From NCBI GenBank assembly GCA_902577425.1, contig CACGZD010000001.1:401513-465512 (forward strand): 64,000 nucleotides of DNA, in the 5' to 3' direction. A program made the translations under genes and the position numbers. Positions 1-8,991 of this stretch are shown here, in pieces. This DNA comes from an uncultured Alphaproteobacteria bacterium (GTDB lineage: Bacteria > Pseudomonadota > Alphaproteobacteria > HIMB59 > GCA-002718135). The notes under the pieces are model-generated. The model did no database searches, was not told the origin of the DNA, and was given only the letters and a program-made list of their open reading frames with translations. How positions within the stretch are numbered: position 1 is the stretch's first letter; every line of letters starts with the position of its first letter.

Positions 1-122
1 CATTTGGAAAATCTCAACATTTTATTAAAACTAAAATTGATAAAAAAATAAATATAGGTCAAATAATAAATTGTAAAATTACAGATTTTAATGACAATAT
101 CTTAAAGGGAAATATTATCTAA
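1..122 (+). CDS. 3' end of an upstream gene (partial). The tail is TRAM-like and may belong to a MiaB/MtaB-family tRNA methylthiotransferase.
   Basis: Frame 3 is open from the window edge to TAA at 120-122 (FGKSQHFIKTKIDKKINIGQIINCKITDFNDNILKGNII*). The stop lies 4 nt before the ftsY ATG. The family guess rests only on this 39-aa tail and on the common alphaproteobacterial mtaB-ftsY adjacency. Confidence 0.3.
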   Translation, partial: FGKSQHFIKTKIDKKINIGQIINCKITDFNDNILKGNII

Positions 123-126
123 TTTA

Positions 127-1038
127 ATGAATATTTTTAAAAAATTTCAAATAGGATTAAACAAAACTTCAACTATTTTCTCTTCAAGTTTATTAAGTGT
201 TTTAGCAAAAAATAAAATAGACCAAGAAGTAATTGACGAAATTGAAAATATTTTACTTTCAAGTGATATAGGAATTGAAGTAACTAATCATTTAATTGAA
301 AAAATAAAATCCTCAAAATTATCAGGTAAAGAAGATTCTAATTTAGTTTTGAAAATATTGTGTAATGAAATAGAACAGATTCTTAAATCTAAAGAAAAAA
401 TATTAGTTTCAGAAAGTGATAATAAGCCTGGTGCATTAATTTTTATAGGTGTTAACGGAAGTGGAAAAACTACTACTATAGGAAAAGTAATAAATTTTAT
501 TTCAGATAAAAAAATTTTAATAGGGGCTTGTGATACTTTTAGGGCAGCTGCAGTTGAACAGTTAAAAGAATGGTCGATAAAACAAAGTGTAGATTTCTAT
601 GAAGGTAAAATTAATCAAGATCCCGCAAGTGTAGCCTATAATGCCACTTTAAAAGCAAAAAATGAAGGATATGATTATGTGATTTTGGATACTGCGGGTC
701 GTCTATCAAATAATGCAAATTTATTAAATCAATTAATAAAAATTAAAACTGTTGTAGAAAAAAATATAAATAAAAATGATCTAAAGATAATTTTAGTTTT
801 AGATGGAACTAATGGATCAAATATGATTAAACAAGTTGAAATATTTAGCAAATCAATGGATGTAACAGGATTAATAATAACAAAAATCGATGGTACTGCA
901 AAAGGTGGAGCACTAATCGCTATAGCAAAAAAATATGATTTACCTATACACTTTGTTGGAATGGGAGAAAAAAAAGAAGATTTACTAATATTTAATGCAA
1001 AAAATTTTGCTGAATCAATTATTGAAATTAAAAAATAA
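127..1038 (+). CDS. ftsY: Signal recognition particle receptor FtsY (short form, NG domain only)
   Basis: 303 aa. SRP-GTPase motifs are present: GVNGSGKTTT, DTAGR, TKIDG and a C-terminal GMGEK. Confidence 0.9.
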   Translation: MNIFKKFQIGLNKTSTIFSSSLLSVLAKNKIDQEVIDEIENILLSSDIGIEVTNHLIEKIKSSKLSGKEDSNLVLKILCNEIEQILKSKEKILVSESDNKPGALIFIGVNGSGKTTTIGKVINFISDKKILIGACDTFRAAAVEQLKEWSIKQSVDFYEGKINQDPASVAYNATLKAKNEGYDYVILDTAGRLSNNANLLNQLIKIKTVVEKNINKNDLKIILVLDGTNGSNMIKQVEIFSKSMDVTGLIITKIDGTAKGGALIAIAKKYDLPIHFVGMGEKKEDLLIFNAKNFAESIIEIKK

Positions 1039-1041
1039 AAA

Positions 1042-1593
1042 ATGAAAGGCTTAACAAAAATAATTATTGATATTGGGCCCTTAGCAATATTTTTTATTTT
1101 TTACACAAGAGGTGAAGAAGGGACAAAATTACAATCAGCAATTCTGCCATTAATGATTGCAACGATTGTTGCCATATTGTTTTCGTACATATTAGAGAAA
1201 AAAATACCTATCATGCCAACTTTTGGAGCATTTATTATTTTAGTTTTTGGAGGACTTACTATCTACTTTAACAATGAAGTTTTTTTTAAAATGAAACCAA
1301 CTATAATTAATATTATTTTTGCAATAATTTTATATGCTGGAGAAGTAGTAAAAAAACCATTATTAAAATTACTTTTGGGTTCTGCTTTAAAGCTCTCTGA
1401 GGAAGGATGGTCTATACTTACAAAAAGATGGATAGCTTTTTTTATAGCTCTTGGTATTTTAAACGAAATTATATGGAGAACTCAATCTACAGATATATGG
1501 GTAAACTTTAAGGTTTTTGGTATTTTACCAATTACATTTTTATTTACTCTAAGCCAATTTTCTCTATTAAAAAAACATCAAATAGAAGATTAA
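1042..1593 (+). CDS. yciB: Intracellular septation protein A (YciB/IspZ family)
   Basis: 183 aa polytopic membrane protein that starts 3 nt after ftsY. The size, hydrophobicity pattern and ftsY adjacency are typical of this family. Confidence 0.7.
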   Translation: MKGLTKIIIDIGPLAIFFIFYTRGEEGTKLQSAILPLMIATIVAILFSYILEKKIPIMPTFGAFIILVFGGLTIYFNNEVFFKMKPTIINIIFAIILYAGEVVKKPLLKLLLGSALKLSEEGWSILTKRWIAFFIALGILNEIIWRTQSTDIWVNFKVFGILPITFLFTLSQFSLLKKHQIED

Positions 1594-2789
1594 TTTATAT
1601 TATTTTCTTCAATTGCATTAAAACCTGGGGATCCCTTTCCTTCTAACCACTCAAGAAAAGCCCCTCCAGCATTTGAAATATAAGAAAAACCATCGTTTGC
1701 TTTAGCAATTTTAATAACTGAGTTTGTGTCTCCACCTCCGGCAATACTAATGATCTCAGAGTTGACTGAGCGTGACTTTATAATATTAGCAATTTTAATA
1801 GAAGACTCCGCAAAAGAAGGATATTCAAAAGCTCCTAAAGGTCCGTTCCATAAAATCAATTTTGATTTATTAATATATTGTGAGATTATTTGAGTTGTTT
1901 TGGATCCAATATCTAAAATCATTTGAGAGTCAGATACATTGTCTGTTTCACATCTTTTAACAGTTTCTTTTTCATTTAAATTATTTGCACAGACAACATC
2001 AATTGGCAGAATGATTTCACAATTATTTTCTTTAGCTTTATTTATAATTGAAAAAACAACTTCATTGTAGTTTTTTTCAATTAAAGATTTTCCAATATTA
2101 ATTTTTTTTGCATATAAAAAAGTATTAGCCATGGCTCCTCCGATAACTATTGCATCAAAGTAATAAGACAAATTAAAAAGTAATTCTATTTTAGTAGAAA
2201 TTTTTGAGCCACCAATAATTGCCAAATTTGGTTTGTCTTTATTAGATAATAAAGAATTAAGATTATTGATTTCTTTTAAAAAACTATATCCTAGATATGA
2301 GGGTAAAAAAGTTGGAAGACCAACTATTGATGCATGTTTTCTATGAGAGCAAGAAAAGGCATCATTTACAAATGCATCAAAATTTTTACTTATATTTTTA
2401 GCAAAATCTAAATCATTCTTTTCTTCAGCTGAATAAAATCGGATATTTTCAAAAAGACAAATATCTCCTGGTTTAATATCATTAATCATATTCTGAATAT
2501 TTTTTTCATCGAAGTCCTTCAGAAAATAAATCTTTTTAATATTTAATTCTTCCTCAAGAATATTGCATATAAATTTTAAAGAATATTTTTTATTTTTAAT
2601 GCCCTTAGGTCTTCCAAAATGAGAAATTAAAAAAATTTTATTATTGGTATCTTTCAACTTATTCAAAGTTGGCAGTATTGATTTAATCCTTGATCTGTCA
2701 GTTATCTGATCATTAACAACAGGCACATTAAGATCTACTCTAACTAAAATATTTTTTTTACTTAAATTTTTATTTTCTATACTTTTCAT
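1590..2789 (-). CDS. pgk: Phosphoglycerate kinase
   Basis: 399 aa with RVDLNVP, ISHFGRPKG and GGGDT motifs. Confidence 0.95.
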   Translation of the reverse strand: MKSIENKNLSKKNILVRVDLNVPVVNDQITDRSRIKSILPTLNKLKDTNNKIFLISHFGRPKGIKNKKYSLKFICNILEEELNIKKIYFLKDFDEKNIQNMINDIKPGDICLFENIRFYSAEEKNDLDFAKNISKNFDAFVNDAFSCSHRKHASIVGLPTFLPSYLGYSFLKEINNLNSLLSNKDKPNLAIIGGSKISTKIELLFNLSYYFDAIVIGGAMANTFLYAKKINIGKSLIEKNYNEVVFSIINKAKENNCEIILPIDVVCANNLNEKETVKRCETDNVSDSQMILDIGSKTTQIISQYINKSKLILWNGPLGAFEYPSFAESSIKIANIIKSRSVNSEIISIAGGGDTNSVIKIAKANDGFSYISNAGGAFLEWLEGKGSPGFNAIEENNIN

Positions 2790-2799
2790 TATTCAATTT

Positions 2800-2817
2800 T
2801 TATCCTAATTAACCACA
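2800..2817 (+). promoter_or_regulatory. Two abutting DnaA-box-like 9-mers in the pgk/gcrA divergent spacer
   Basis: TTATCCTAA (2800-2808) matches the TTATCCACA consensus at 7 of 9 positions. TTAACCACA (2809-2817) matches at 8 of 9. Both lie about 120 nt upstream of the gcrA ATG. Confidence 0.3.
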
Positions 2818-2938
2818 GTTTTTCTACATTTTTTTATAAAAATGGCAGTTTTTTTGTTTAAAAAAATACATATTTAGTATATTAGTCTATATCCAAGATA
2901 CTATATATAGAGACTATTGTAAGGAGAGTATATAATTT

Positions 2939-3415
2939 ATGTCTTGGAATGATGATAATGTCCTTCGCTTAAAAGAATTATGGGATCAAGGACTTCCTAC
3001 CGCTCAAATAGGTAAATTATTAGGTTTTACTAAAAATGCTGTTGTTGGTAAGGCTCATAGGATTGGATTAGAAAGAAGACCTTCTCCTATAAGAAGAACA
3101 GCAGTTAAACCAGATAGAAAAAAAGCACGCTCACCAGTAATGCCAAAATTAAATTTTGAAAAACAAGAGTCAGAAACAAATCAAGTTAATACTAGTAATT
3201 TTCAACCTTCTGTTAAAAATATTTTTATTTCTAGTTCAAAGAGAGGTTGTGAATGGCCTGTGGGTCATCCTGATGAATCTGATTTTCATTTTTGTGGTAA
3301 AGAAAGGTTCGATGATAAACCATATTGTCTAGATCATTGTGCTATAGCTTATGTGATTCCAGAAAAAGAAGAGGCAAAACCTTTACCAGCAAATAGATCA
3401 ATAAAATATAAATAA
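2939..3415 (+). CDS. gcrA: Cell-cycle transcriptional regulator GcrA
   Basis: 158 aa. The N-terminus is MSWNDDNVLRLKELWDQGLPTAQIGKLLG...NAVVGKAHRIGL and there is a conserved C-terminal CEWPVGHP...FCG block. AAGGAG lies upstream of the ATG. Confidence 0.85.
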   Translation: MSWNDDNVLRLKELWDQGLPTAQIGKLLGFTKNAVVGKAHRIGLERRPSPIRRTAVKPDRKKARSPVMPKLNFEKQESETNQVNTSNFQPSVKNIFISSSKRGCEWPVGHPDESDFHFCGKERFDDKPYCLDHCAIAYVIPEKEEAKPLPANRSIKYK

Positions 3416-3425
3416 TTTTTTTACT

Positions 3426-3842
3426 ATGAGTGAAGGTTTTAAAGAAAATTCATTTAAGTTGGCATATTGGATAATGATAATTCTCTTAGCTGGCGATACA
3501 ATTGATACAATTTATAGATTTGTAATTATTGGCTATTTTGGAGAAGGTGCAAGTTTTCCAGGAATCGATTCTTTTATCAAACCCACAACAATAGATTTGA
3601 TTGTTTTCATAATTTTTGAAATTGGTATAATTTACGGAATATTTCTTTTATATAAACTTAAAAAATCAGGGGGATATTGGTTTTTAGGGTCAAATGTTCT
3701 ATTTACAATTTATGCTTCTATTTTTGGACCAATAGCTGAAATTGGAATCTATAATATTTTATTACCTATAATATTGTTTTTTTGTTTATATATTTTTTTG
3801 ACAATATTAATTCCTTGGTTTTACTCAGATAAATTTGAATAA
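3426..3842 (+). CDS. Hypothetical integral membrane protein
   Basis: 138 aa with about four hydrophobic helices. It starts 10 nt after gcrA. I recognised no family. Confidence 0.5.
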   Translation: MSEGFKENSFKLAYWIMIILLAGDTIDTIYRFVIIGYFGEGASFPGIDSFIKPTTIDLIVFIIFEIGIIYGIFLLYKLKKSGGYWFLGSNVLFTIYASIFGPIAEIGIYNILLPIILFFCLYIFLTILIPWFYSDKFE

Positions 3843-3893
3843 GTATTAAGATTTAAAATTTACAATTTATTTAAAAAATTTAAAATAAATACT

Positions 3894-4217
3894 ATGATTA
3901 GAAAAGGATTGGTAATTGGTATTAAGCCCGAGTTTATTGCAGAATATAAAAAAACTCACTCTGATGTTTGGCCTGATATATTAGAGAAAATTTCCGTGAG
4001 TAAAATAAAAAATTATTCAATTTTTGCACAAGAAGACAGACTTTTTGCTTTTTTTGAATATCATGGTGATGATTTTGATACTGATATGAAAAAAATGAAA
4101 AATGATCCAAGATTTATAGAGTGGGAAAAATTTCATGAAAATATGTTTAGACCCCTTGAACACCAAGAAAAGTTTGAGGGTTGGGTAGAATTAGAAGAGG
4201 TTTTTAGAAAGGATTAA
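3894..4217 (+). CDS. L-rhamnose mutarotase-like protein (RhaM/DUF718 fold)
   Basis: 107 aa. The N-terminus MIRKGLVIGIKPEFIAEYKKTHSDVWPDI parallels RhaM (MIRKAF...EYxxxHxxxWPE), and the C-terminus has EVF. Confidence 0.6.
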   Translation: MIRKGLVIGIKPEFIAEYKKTHSDVWPDILEKISVSKIKNYSIFAQEDRLFAFFEYHGDDFDTDMKKMKNDPRFIEWEKFHENMFRPLEHQEKFEGWVELEEVFRKD

Positions 4218-5130
4218 TAATTAGTTTAGAAATTGCTTTTATATGTGATGGCCTAATTTCACAACAACCTCCTAAAATTGTAGCACCTTCTTTCATATAT
4301 TGTTTTACATAATTAAAAAAATTTTCTTCATTTAAATCTTTATTGATACCTAAGATTTTACTTGGATTACCTTCTTTCCCCCAAGTATCAGATGATGAAA
4401 CTACATAATTATCAGGAATTACATTAAAAGCATTTAATTTAAAACCATAAGGTAAATTCAAATTTTTCAATTCATCTTTAACGAGCTCATATGCTTTTGG
4501 CGATACACAGGAAGTAATAATTCCAAGCCAGTTATCATTTTTATGACTATCAACAATCTGTGATATATTTTCACCTGAGGGAAGTTTACCATTATCTTTA
4601 ATATACAATCCTACTAAGACTGGTAAATTATATTTATTTATCGATTCAAGAGCAATTTTGCATTCTGTTGAACTTCCCATAACATCTAAGTAAAACAAAT
4701 CAATATTATCTTTAAGAAGAAATGCTTGTTCTTCGAATCTTAATTTAACTTCCGTTAAGTCATTACCAAGATCGGCACTATAAGTTTGCTTTTGATTAGG
4801 TAGTCCTCCAGCAATTAAAATATTTTTTTTAGAAATATCTCTTGCTCTTAAAGCAAGCTCGACGGCTTTTTTGTTGATTTTTTCAAAATACTCCAAGCAA
4901 TTATTTTGAATGAGTCTTCCTTTTCTAGAAGTGAAGGTATTAGTAACAATAACCTCAGCTCCAGAATAAATGAAATCAAGATGGGTATCAATTATCAACT
5001 GGTGATATTGTTCTTTAATAAGTGCTTCAGCAGACCAAAGAGTTCCATGTGGTTTTAAACCTCTCTTTAAAAGTTCCTGGCCCATTCCTCCATCTAAAAT
5101 TCTCACCTTATGAAAGAAATTATTGTCCAT
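4204..5130 (-). CDS. Homocysteine S-methyltransferase family protein (BHMT/MmuM-like)
   Basis: 308 aa with LDGGMGQEL, TNTF and the zinc-site GGCCE near the C-terminus. Confidence 0.8.
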   Translation of the reverse strand: MDNNFFHKVRILDGGMGQELLKRGLKPHGTLWSAEALIKEQYHQLIIDTHLDFIYSGAEVIVTNTFTSRKGRLIQNNCLEYFEKINKKAVELALRARDISKKNILIAGGLPNQKQTYSADLGNDLTEVKLRFEEQAFLLKDNIDLFYLDVMGSSTECKIALESINKYNLPVLVGLYIKDNGKLPSGENISQIVDSHKNDNWLGIITSCVSPKAYELVKDELKNLNLPYGFKLNAFNVIPDNYVVSSSDTWGKEGNPSKILGINKDLNEENFFNYVKQYMKEGATILGGCCEIRPSHIKAISKLIINPF

Positions 5131-5134
5131 AATT

Positions 5135-5800
5135 TTATTTATAAAACTTCCCTACTAAAAATAATCCTAAAGAAACAGAATAGCCTATTCCTATAGCATA
5201 TAGAACCGTTCCTATACCAACTATACCGCCTAACAAAAAACCAAGACCCACAACGCTTAACTCAAGTACTAATCTGATTAGAGAAAAAGACAAACCAGTT
5301 TGTTTATTGATACCTGTCATCAGTCCGTCCCTTGGACCTGGACCTAAATTAGCTGCTAAATAAAATCCACTTCCTATTCCAATGATTAGTATTGCAGAAA
5401 TTACTTGGGATAATTGTAATAAAAAAATATCTGGTTTTGGTAAAAATGGTAAAGATAAATCAATAACTATTGATATTAGTATAGCATTTAGAATTGTAGC
5501 AATTCCTGGTTTTTGTTTTAATGGAAACCAAAATAACAGGGAAATTACACTAACTATAAATGTAGTTATTCCAATTGTATAGCCAGTGATAAAAGACAAT
5601 CCTTGGTGAAGTACAAACCAAGGGCTAACTCCAATATTTGCTGTTACTATCAATGTCTCACCCAAACCAAATAATATTAGCCCAAAAATTAAATATAAAA
5701 CAGTTACTGTTTTTGGTTTTAAATTATATTCATGTGAAGAACTCCAATAAAGTTTAGGAATTTTTTTAAGTGTTAATGCATAAATTATTTTTTTTAACAT
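5135..5800 (-). CDS. YczE/YitT-like polytopic membrane protein
   Basis: 221 aa with 5-6 TM helices and the motif GLGETLIVTANIGVSPW. It ends 4 nt upstream of the methyltransferase gene. Confidence 0.45.
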   Translation of the reverse strand: MLKKIIYALTLKKIPKLYWSSSHEYNLKPKTVTVLYLIFGLILFGLGETLIVTANIGVSPWFVLHQGLSFITGYTIGITTFIVSVISLLFWFPLKQKPGIATILNAILISIVIDLSLPFLPKPDIFLLQLSQVISAILIIGIGSGFYLAANLGPGPRDGLMTGINKQTGLSFSLIRLVLELSVVGLGFLLGGIVGIGTVLYAIGIGYSVSLGLFLVGKFYK

Positions 5801-5858
5801 AAGTTTCAGTACCGATATAGATTAGGAAACTAGGTCTCTATCTAAAGAATTATGGATA

Positions 5859-6776
5859 TTATTTATCCCATCTACTAGGGTTAATAGCTGGAGCTTCTGA
5901 TTTCATTCCTTTAGGTTTGTGGGGCTGTTCCCATTCAACTCCTGAACTGTTGACACTTTTGAGGAAGCGTTTAGTTTCTTTAGGAGCCTTTTCAACAAGT
6001 TTTGGATCCCACTCCTTCATGGGTTTAATAGGACCTGCCCAAATGGGACGATAACCAAATTGCACCATCGTACGACGAGTATCAGCTAAATTAGGATGAA
6101 CACCATGAAATATATTAACTGGAAAGACTATAGCAGTTCCTGCTTCGGCACATATAGTGATTTCTTCTGGATGGGATTTATATCTTTTATATGGGTTAGC
6201 TTCAGCATGAAAAGAAAGATGGGATCGTGGTAAAATTCTAAACGGTGCACGTTCTTTAGTTAAATCATCAAAATAATAAATTACACGTAAAAGTTTTGGA
6301 GAACTTCCCTCATATCCAAAAATTGAAGAGCCAAAGGGCTGTCCATCCGTATGCATTGATACGGGAGGTGAGCCTGGAAGTGTTCGATGAAAAAAACCCC
6401 TAGTAAAAATTATTTCTGGACCACATAATTCTTCAAGAAATTCAATTACTGGTGGGTTAGCTATCAAGGACGCAACTGCAGGACTATACCATTGTGGCTC
6501 TAAATGAAAAGTCTGGCAGTCACTATAATCCTTTGTCTGCATAGGTGCATCTTTCATTTCTTTTTTTATTTGTTCAATCTTTGAAGCATCTACAGCTTTA
6601 GGAAGAATAGTATATCCTTCAACTTCTAGATGGCGTTTTTTTTCTCCTAGAGACATCGATTCAAAATCTGTCTCATCAATATTCATAAAATCTATTTTTT
6701 CATTTATATTATTTAAATCAGAGTTTCCTGGATTTGTTACATCCACTTCTTTATAATTTGAGTTTTTTTCAGTCAT
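5859..6776 (-). CDS. Phytanoyl-CoA dioxygenase (PhyH) family Fe(II)/2-oxoglutarate oxygenase
   Basis: 305 aa. It has an HxD facial-triad motif (MHTDGQ) and a distal His (IFHGVHPN). Confidence 0.7.
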   Translation of the reverse strand: MTEKNSNYKEVDVTNPGNSDLNNINEKIDFMNIDETDFESMSLGEKKRHLEVEGYTILPKAVDASKIEQIKKEMKDAPMQTKDYSDCQTFHLEPQWYSPAVASLIANPPVIEFLEELCGPEIIFTRGFFHRTLPGSPPVSMHTDGQPFGSSIFGYEGSSPKLLRVIYYFDDLTKERAPFRILPRSHLSFHAEANPYKRYKSHPEEITICAEAGTAIVFPVNIFHGVHPNLADTRRTMVQFGYRPIWAGPIKPMKEWDPKLVEKAPKETKRFLKSVNSSGVEWEQPHKPKGMKSEAPAINPSRWDK

Positions 6777-6873
6777 CTTAAATCAATCTTGCAATTGAAA
6801 AAAATAGTACAAAATTTTAGATAATAAATAAATACAATATTAAATATAATACACTATATATTTACACAATTTT

Positions 6874-7380
6874 ATGAAAAACATATTTTTAACATTAACA
6901 GGATATCAATTAACATGGATATTTTGTGTTTTTGGTGAATATTACAATTATCCTTTACTTGGTATTGTTGTAGGAATTTTATATTTGTCTACTTTTTTCT
7001 ATTTTGTTAAATTTAAAATTCGAGCATTAAAAATATGTCTGCTCTTTTCATTTATTGGATATTTGTTTGATAGTATTCTTGGATATACTCAGCTATTTAA
7101 TATTAAATCTAATATTATGATAGGCTATATGCCAATTTGGTTTTTAGTTCTCTGGCCTAGTTTTACAACTTTATTTGTAAATGTTCTTGTTTTTTTAAAA
7201 AATTATTTATTGCTATCCTTCTTGATAGGTGCTGTATTTGCTCCTCCTACATATTATTTAGGTATACCACTGGATATAGCTTCTAGTAACAATATAACTT
7301 TAGCTATGACAACAATGGTTATTTTTTGGGGGTGTTTTTTAATGCTATATTCTTTTTATATAAAAAAAATAAATTTTTAA
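6874..7380 (+). CDS. Hypothetical membrane protein (DUF2878-like)
   Basis: 168 aa with 5 TM helices. The N-terminal GYQLTWIFCVFG pattern resembles DUF2878. Confidence 0.4.
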   Translation: MKNIFLTLTGYQLTWIFCVFGEYYNYPLLGIVVGILYLSTFFYFVKFKIRALKICLLFSFIGYLFDSILGYTQLFNIKSNIMIGYMPIWFLVLWPSFTTLFVNVLVFLKNYLLLSFLIGAVFAPPTYYLGIPLDIASSNNITLAMTTMVIFWGCFLMLYSFYIKKINF

Positions 7381-7460
7381 AATTTACTCGTAGTTAGATT
7401 TCACATTTCTCAGCTCTAAAAAGGATGCTTAAAAAAAAATAATAGTATATATGATCGATA

Positions 7461-8957
7461 ATGAGTTTAAATATTGAAAATATTAAAAAAACAAAATCTA
7501 ATTTAAATTATCCCTCTCAATTATTTATTAATGGGAAATATCAAAAATCAATTTCAGAAAAATCATTTGATAATATTTCTCCAATTGACGGAACTATTGT
7601 AAATCAAGTTTTTTTTGCTGAGAAAGAAGATGTTGATTTAGCTGTTTCTAAAGCTAAAGAAACTTTTAATAAAGGATATTGGTCAAATCTTTCACCAGGT
7701 GAAAGAAAAAAAATACTTTTAAAATTTGCTATACTATTGGAAAGAGATCGTTTGGAGTTATCACTCCTTGATACCATAGACATGGGTAAAACGATTAATG
7801 ATACTTACAATGCTGACTTGCCAACTAGTATAGATAATATTGAATGGTATGCTGAAATAATTGATAAACTTTTTGATGATATTTCACCAAGTTCAAAAGA
7901 ATATTTAGGCTTAATTACCAAAGAACCAATTGGAGTTGTAGCAGCGATAGTACCTTGGAATTATCCATTATGGATGGCAATATGGAAAATTGCTCCAGCG
8001 CTTATTACTGGTAATTCTGTTATATTAAAACCTGCAGAACAATCTCCGATGAGCGCTATTAAAATTGGTGCTTTGCTTTCAGAAGCAGGAGTACCTGATG
8101 GAGTATTTTCAGTACTTCCAGGAGATGGGCCTATTACAGGCAAATCATTATGTCTTCATAATGATATTGATTGTGTAGCTTTTACTGGATCGGGCGAAGT
8201 TGGTAAACTAGTACTTCAGTATTCTGGTCAATCCAATATGAAAAGAGTGCAACTGGAGTGTGGTGGAAAATCACCAAATATTATTTTTGCAGATTGTGAT
8301 GATCTTGACAGAGCTGCAGAAGCATCTGCTTATGCTATCTTTGGAAATCAAGGTGAGGTTTGTTCAGCAGGATCTAGACTTATAATCCAAAAAGATATTG
8401 AAAAAGATTTTATCAATAAAGTCGTTCAATTAAGTAAAAAAATGCAACCTTCAGATCCGCTAAATCCAGATTCATTTGCTGGAGCAATAGTAAATACTGA
8501 ACAGTTAGAAAAAATACATAAATATGTAAATATAGGTAAAAAAGAGGGAGCTGATATTGAAGTTGGGGGAAATATAACAATGAAAGAAACAGGTGGTTGT
8601 TATTTTGAGCCTACTATTTTTAAGAATGTTAAGAATGATATGAAGATTGCTCAAGAAGAAATTTTTGGACCCGTGCTAACAACTTTATCTTTTTCTAATT
8701 TTGATGAGGCTGTTTCAATTGCTAATGACTCTGAATATGGACTAGCAGCTGGCGTGTGGACGAATGATATTAACAAAGCAATTAGAGCTTCAAGAGAAAT
8801 TCGTGCAGGAACAGTTTATATAAATAACTATGAGGAAGGTGTTGACTCAACAATACCTCTTGGTGGATATAAACAATCTGGAATTGGAAGAGATAATGGT
8901 GCACAAGCTCTAGAAAATTATCTTCAAGTAAAATCAACTTGGATCAAAATTACTTAA
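7461..8957 (+). CDS. NAD(P)-dependent aldehyde dehydrogenase (PuuC-like)
   Basis: 498 aa with FTGSGEVG, LECGGKSP (catalytic Glu) and GEVCSAGSR (catalytic Cys). Confidence 0.9.
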   Translation: MSLNIENIKKTKSNLNYPSQLFINGKYQKSISEKSFDNISPIDGTIVNQVFFAEKEDVDLAVSKAKETFNKGYWSNLSPGERKKILLKFAILLERDRLELSLLDTIDMGKTINDTYNADLPTSIDNIEWYAEIIDKLFDDISPSSKEYLGLITKEPIGVVAAIVPWNYPLWMAIWKIAPALITGNSVILKPAEQSPMSAIKIGALLSEAGVPDGVFSVLPGDGPITGKSLCLHNDIDCVAFTGSGEVGKLVLQYSGQSNMKRVQLECGGKSPNIIFADCDDLDRAAEASAYAIFGNQGEVCSAGSRLIIQKDIEKDFINKVVQLSKKMQPSDPLNPDSFAGAIVNTEQLEKIHKYVNIGKKEGADIEVGGNITMKETGGCYFEPTIFKNVKNDMKIAQEEIFGPVLTTLSFSNFDEAVSIANDSEYGLAAGVWTNDINKAIRASREIRAGTVYINNYEEGVDSTIPLGGYKQSGIGRDNGAQALENYLQVKSTWIKIT

Positions 8958-8991
8958 AAACCAATCTTGTTTAAATAATTTAGTTTTGAAA

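Noticed and set aside
2800-2817. The DnaA-box pair as part of a replication origin
   Set aside because: There are only two boxes and no box cluster. There is no adjacent AT-rich unwinding element that stands out from the already AT-rich background, and no typical origin-flanking genes. A promoter-level DnaA site is the more conservative reading.
5801-6873. A SAM-II/SAM-V-type riboswitch upstream of the membrane-protein and homocysteine-methyltransferase run, or upstream of the PhyH gene. Such riboswitches are known in SAR11 upstream of methionine-cycle genes.
   Set aside because: I read both leaders on the transcribed strand. Neither contains the conserved AAAGCU-type 3' strand as I recall it from the class. 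The second has only a lone AUUGCAA. The leaders are 58 and 97 nt with no convincing pseudoknot. This needs a covariance-model scan (Rfam SAM-II, SAM-V) to settle.
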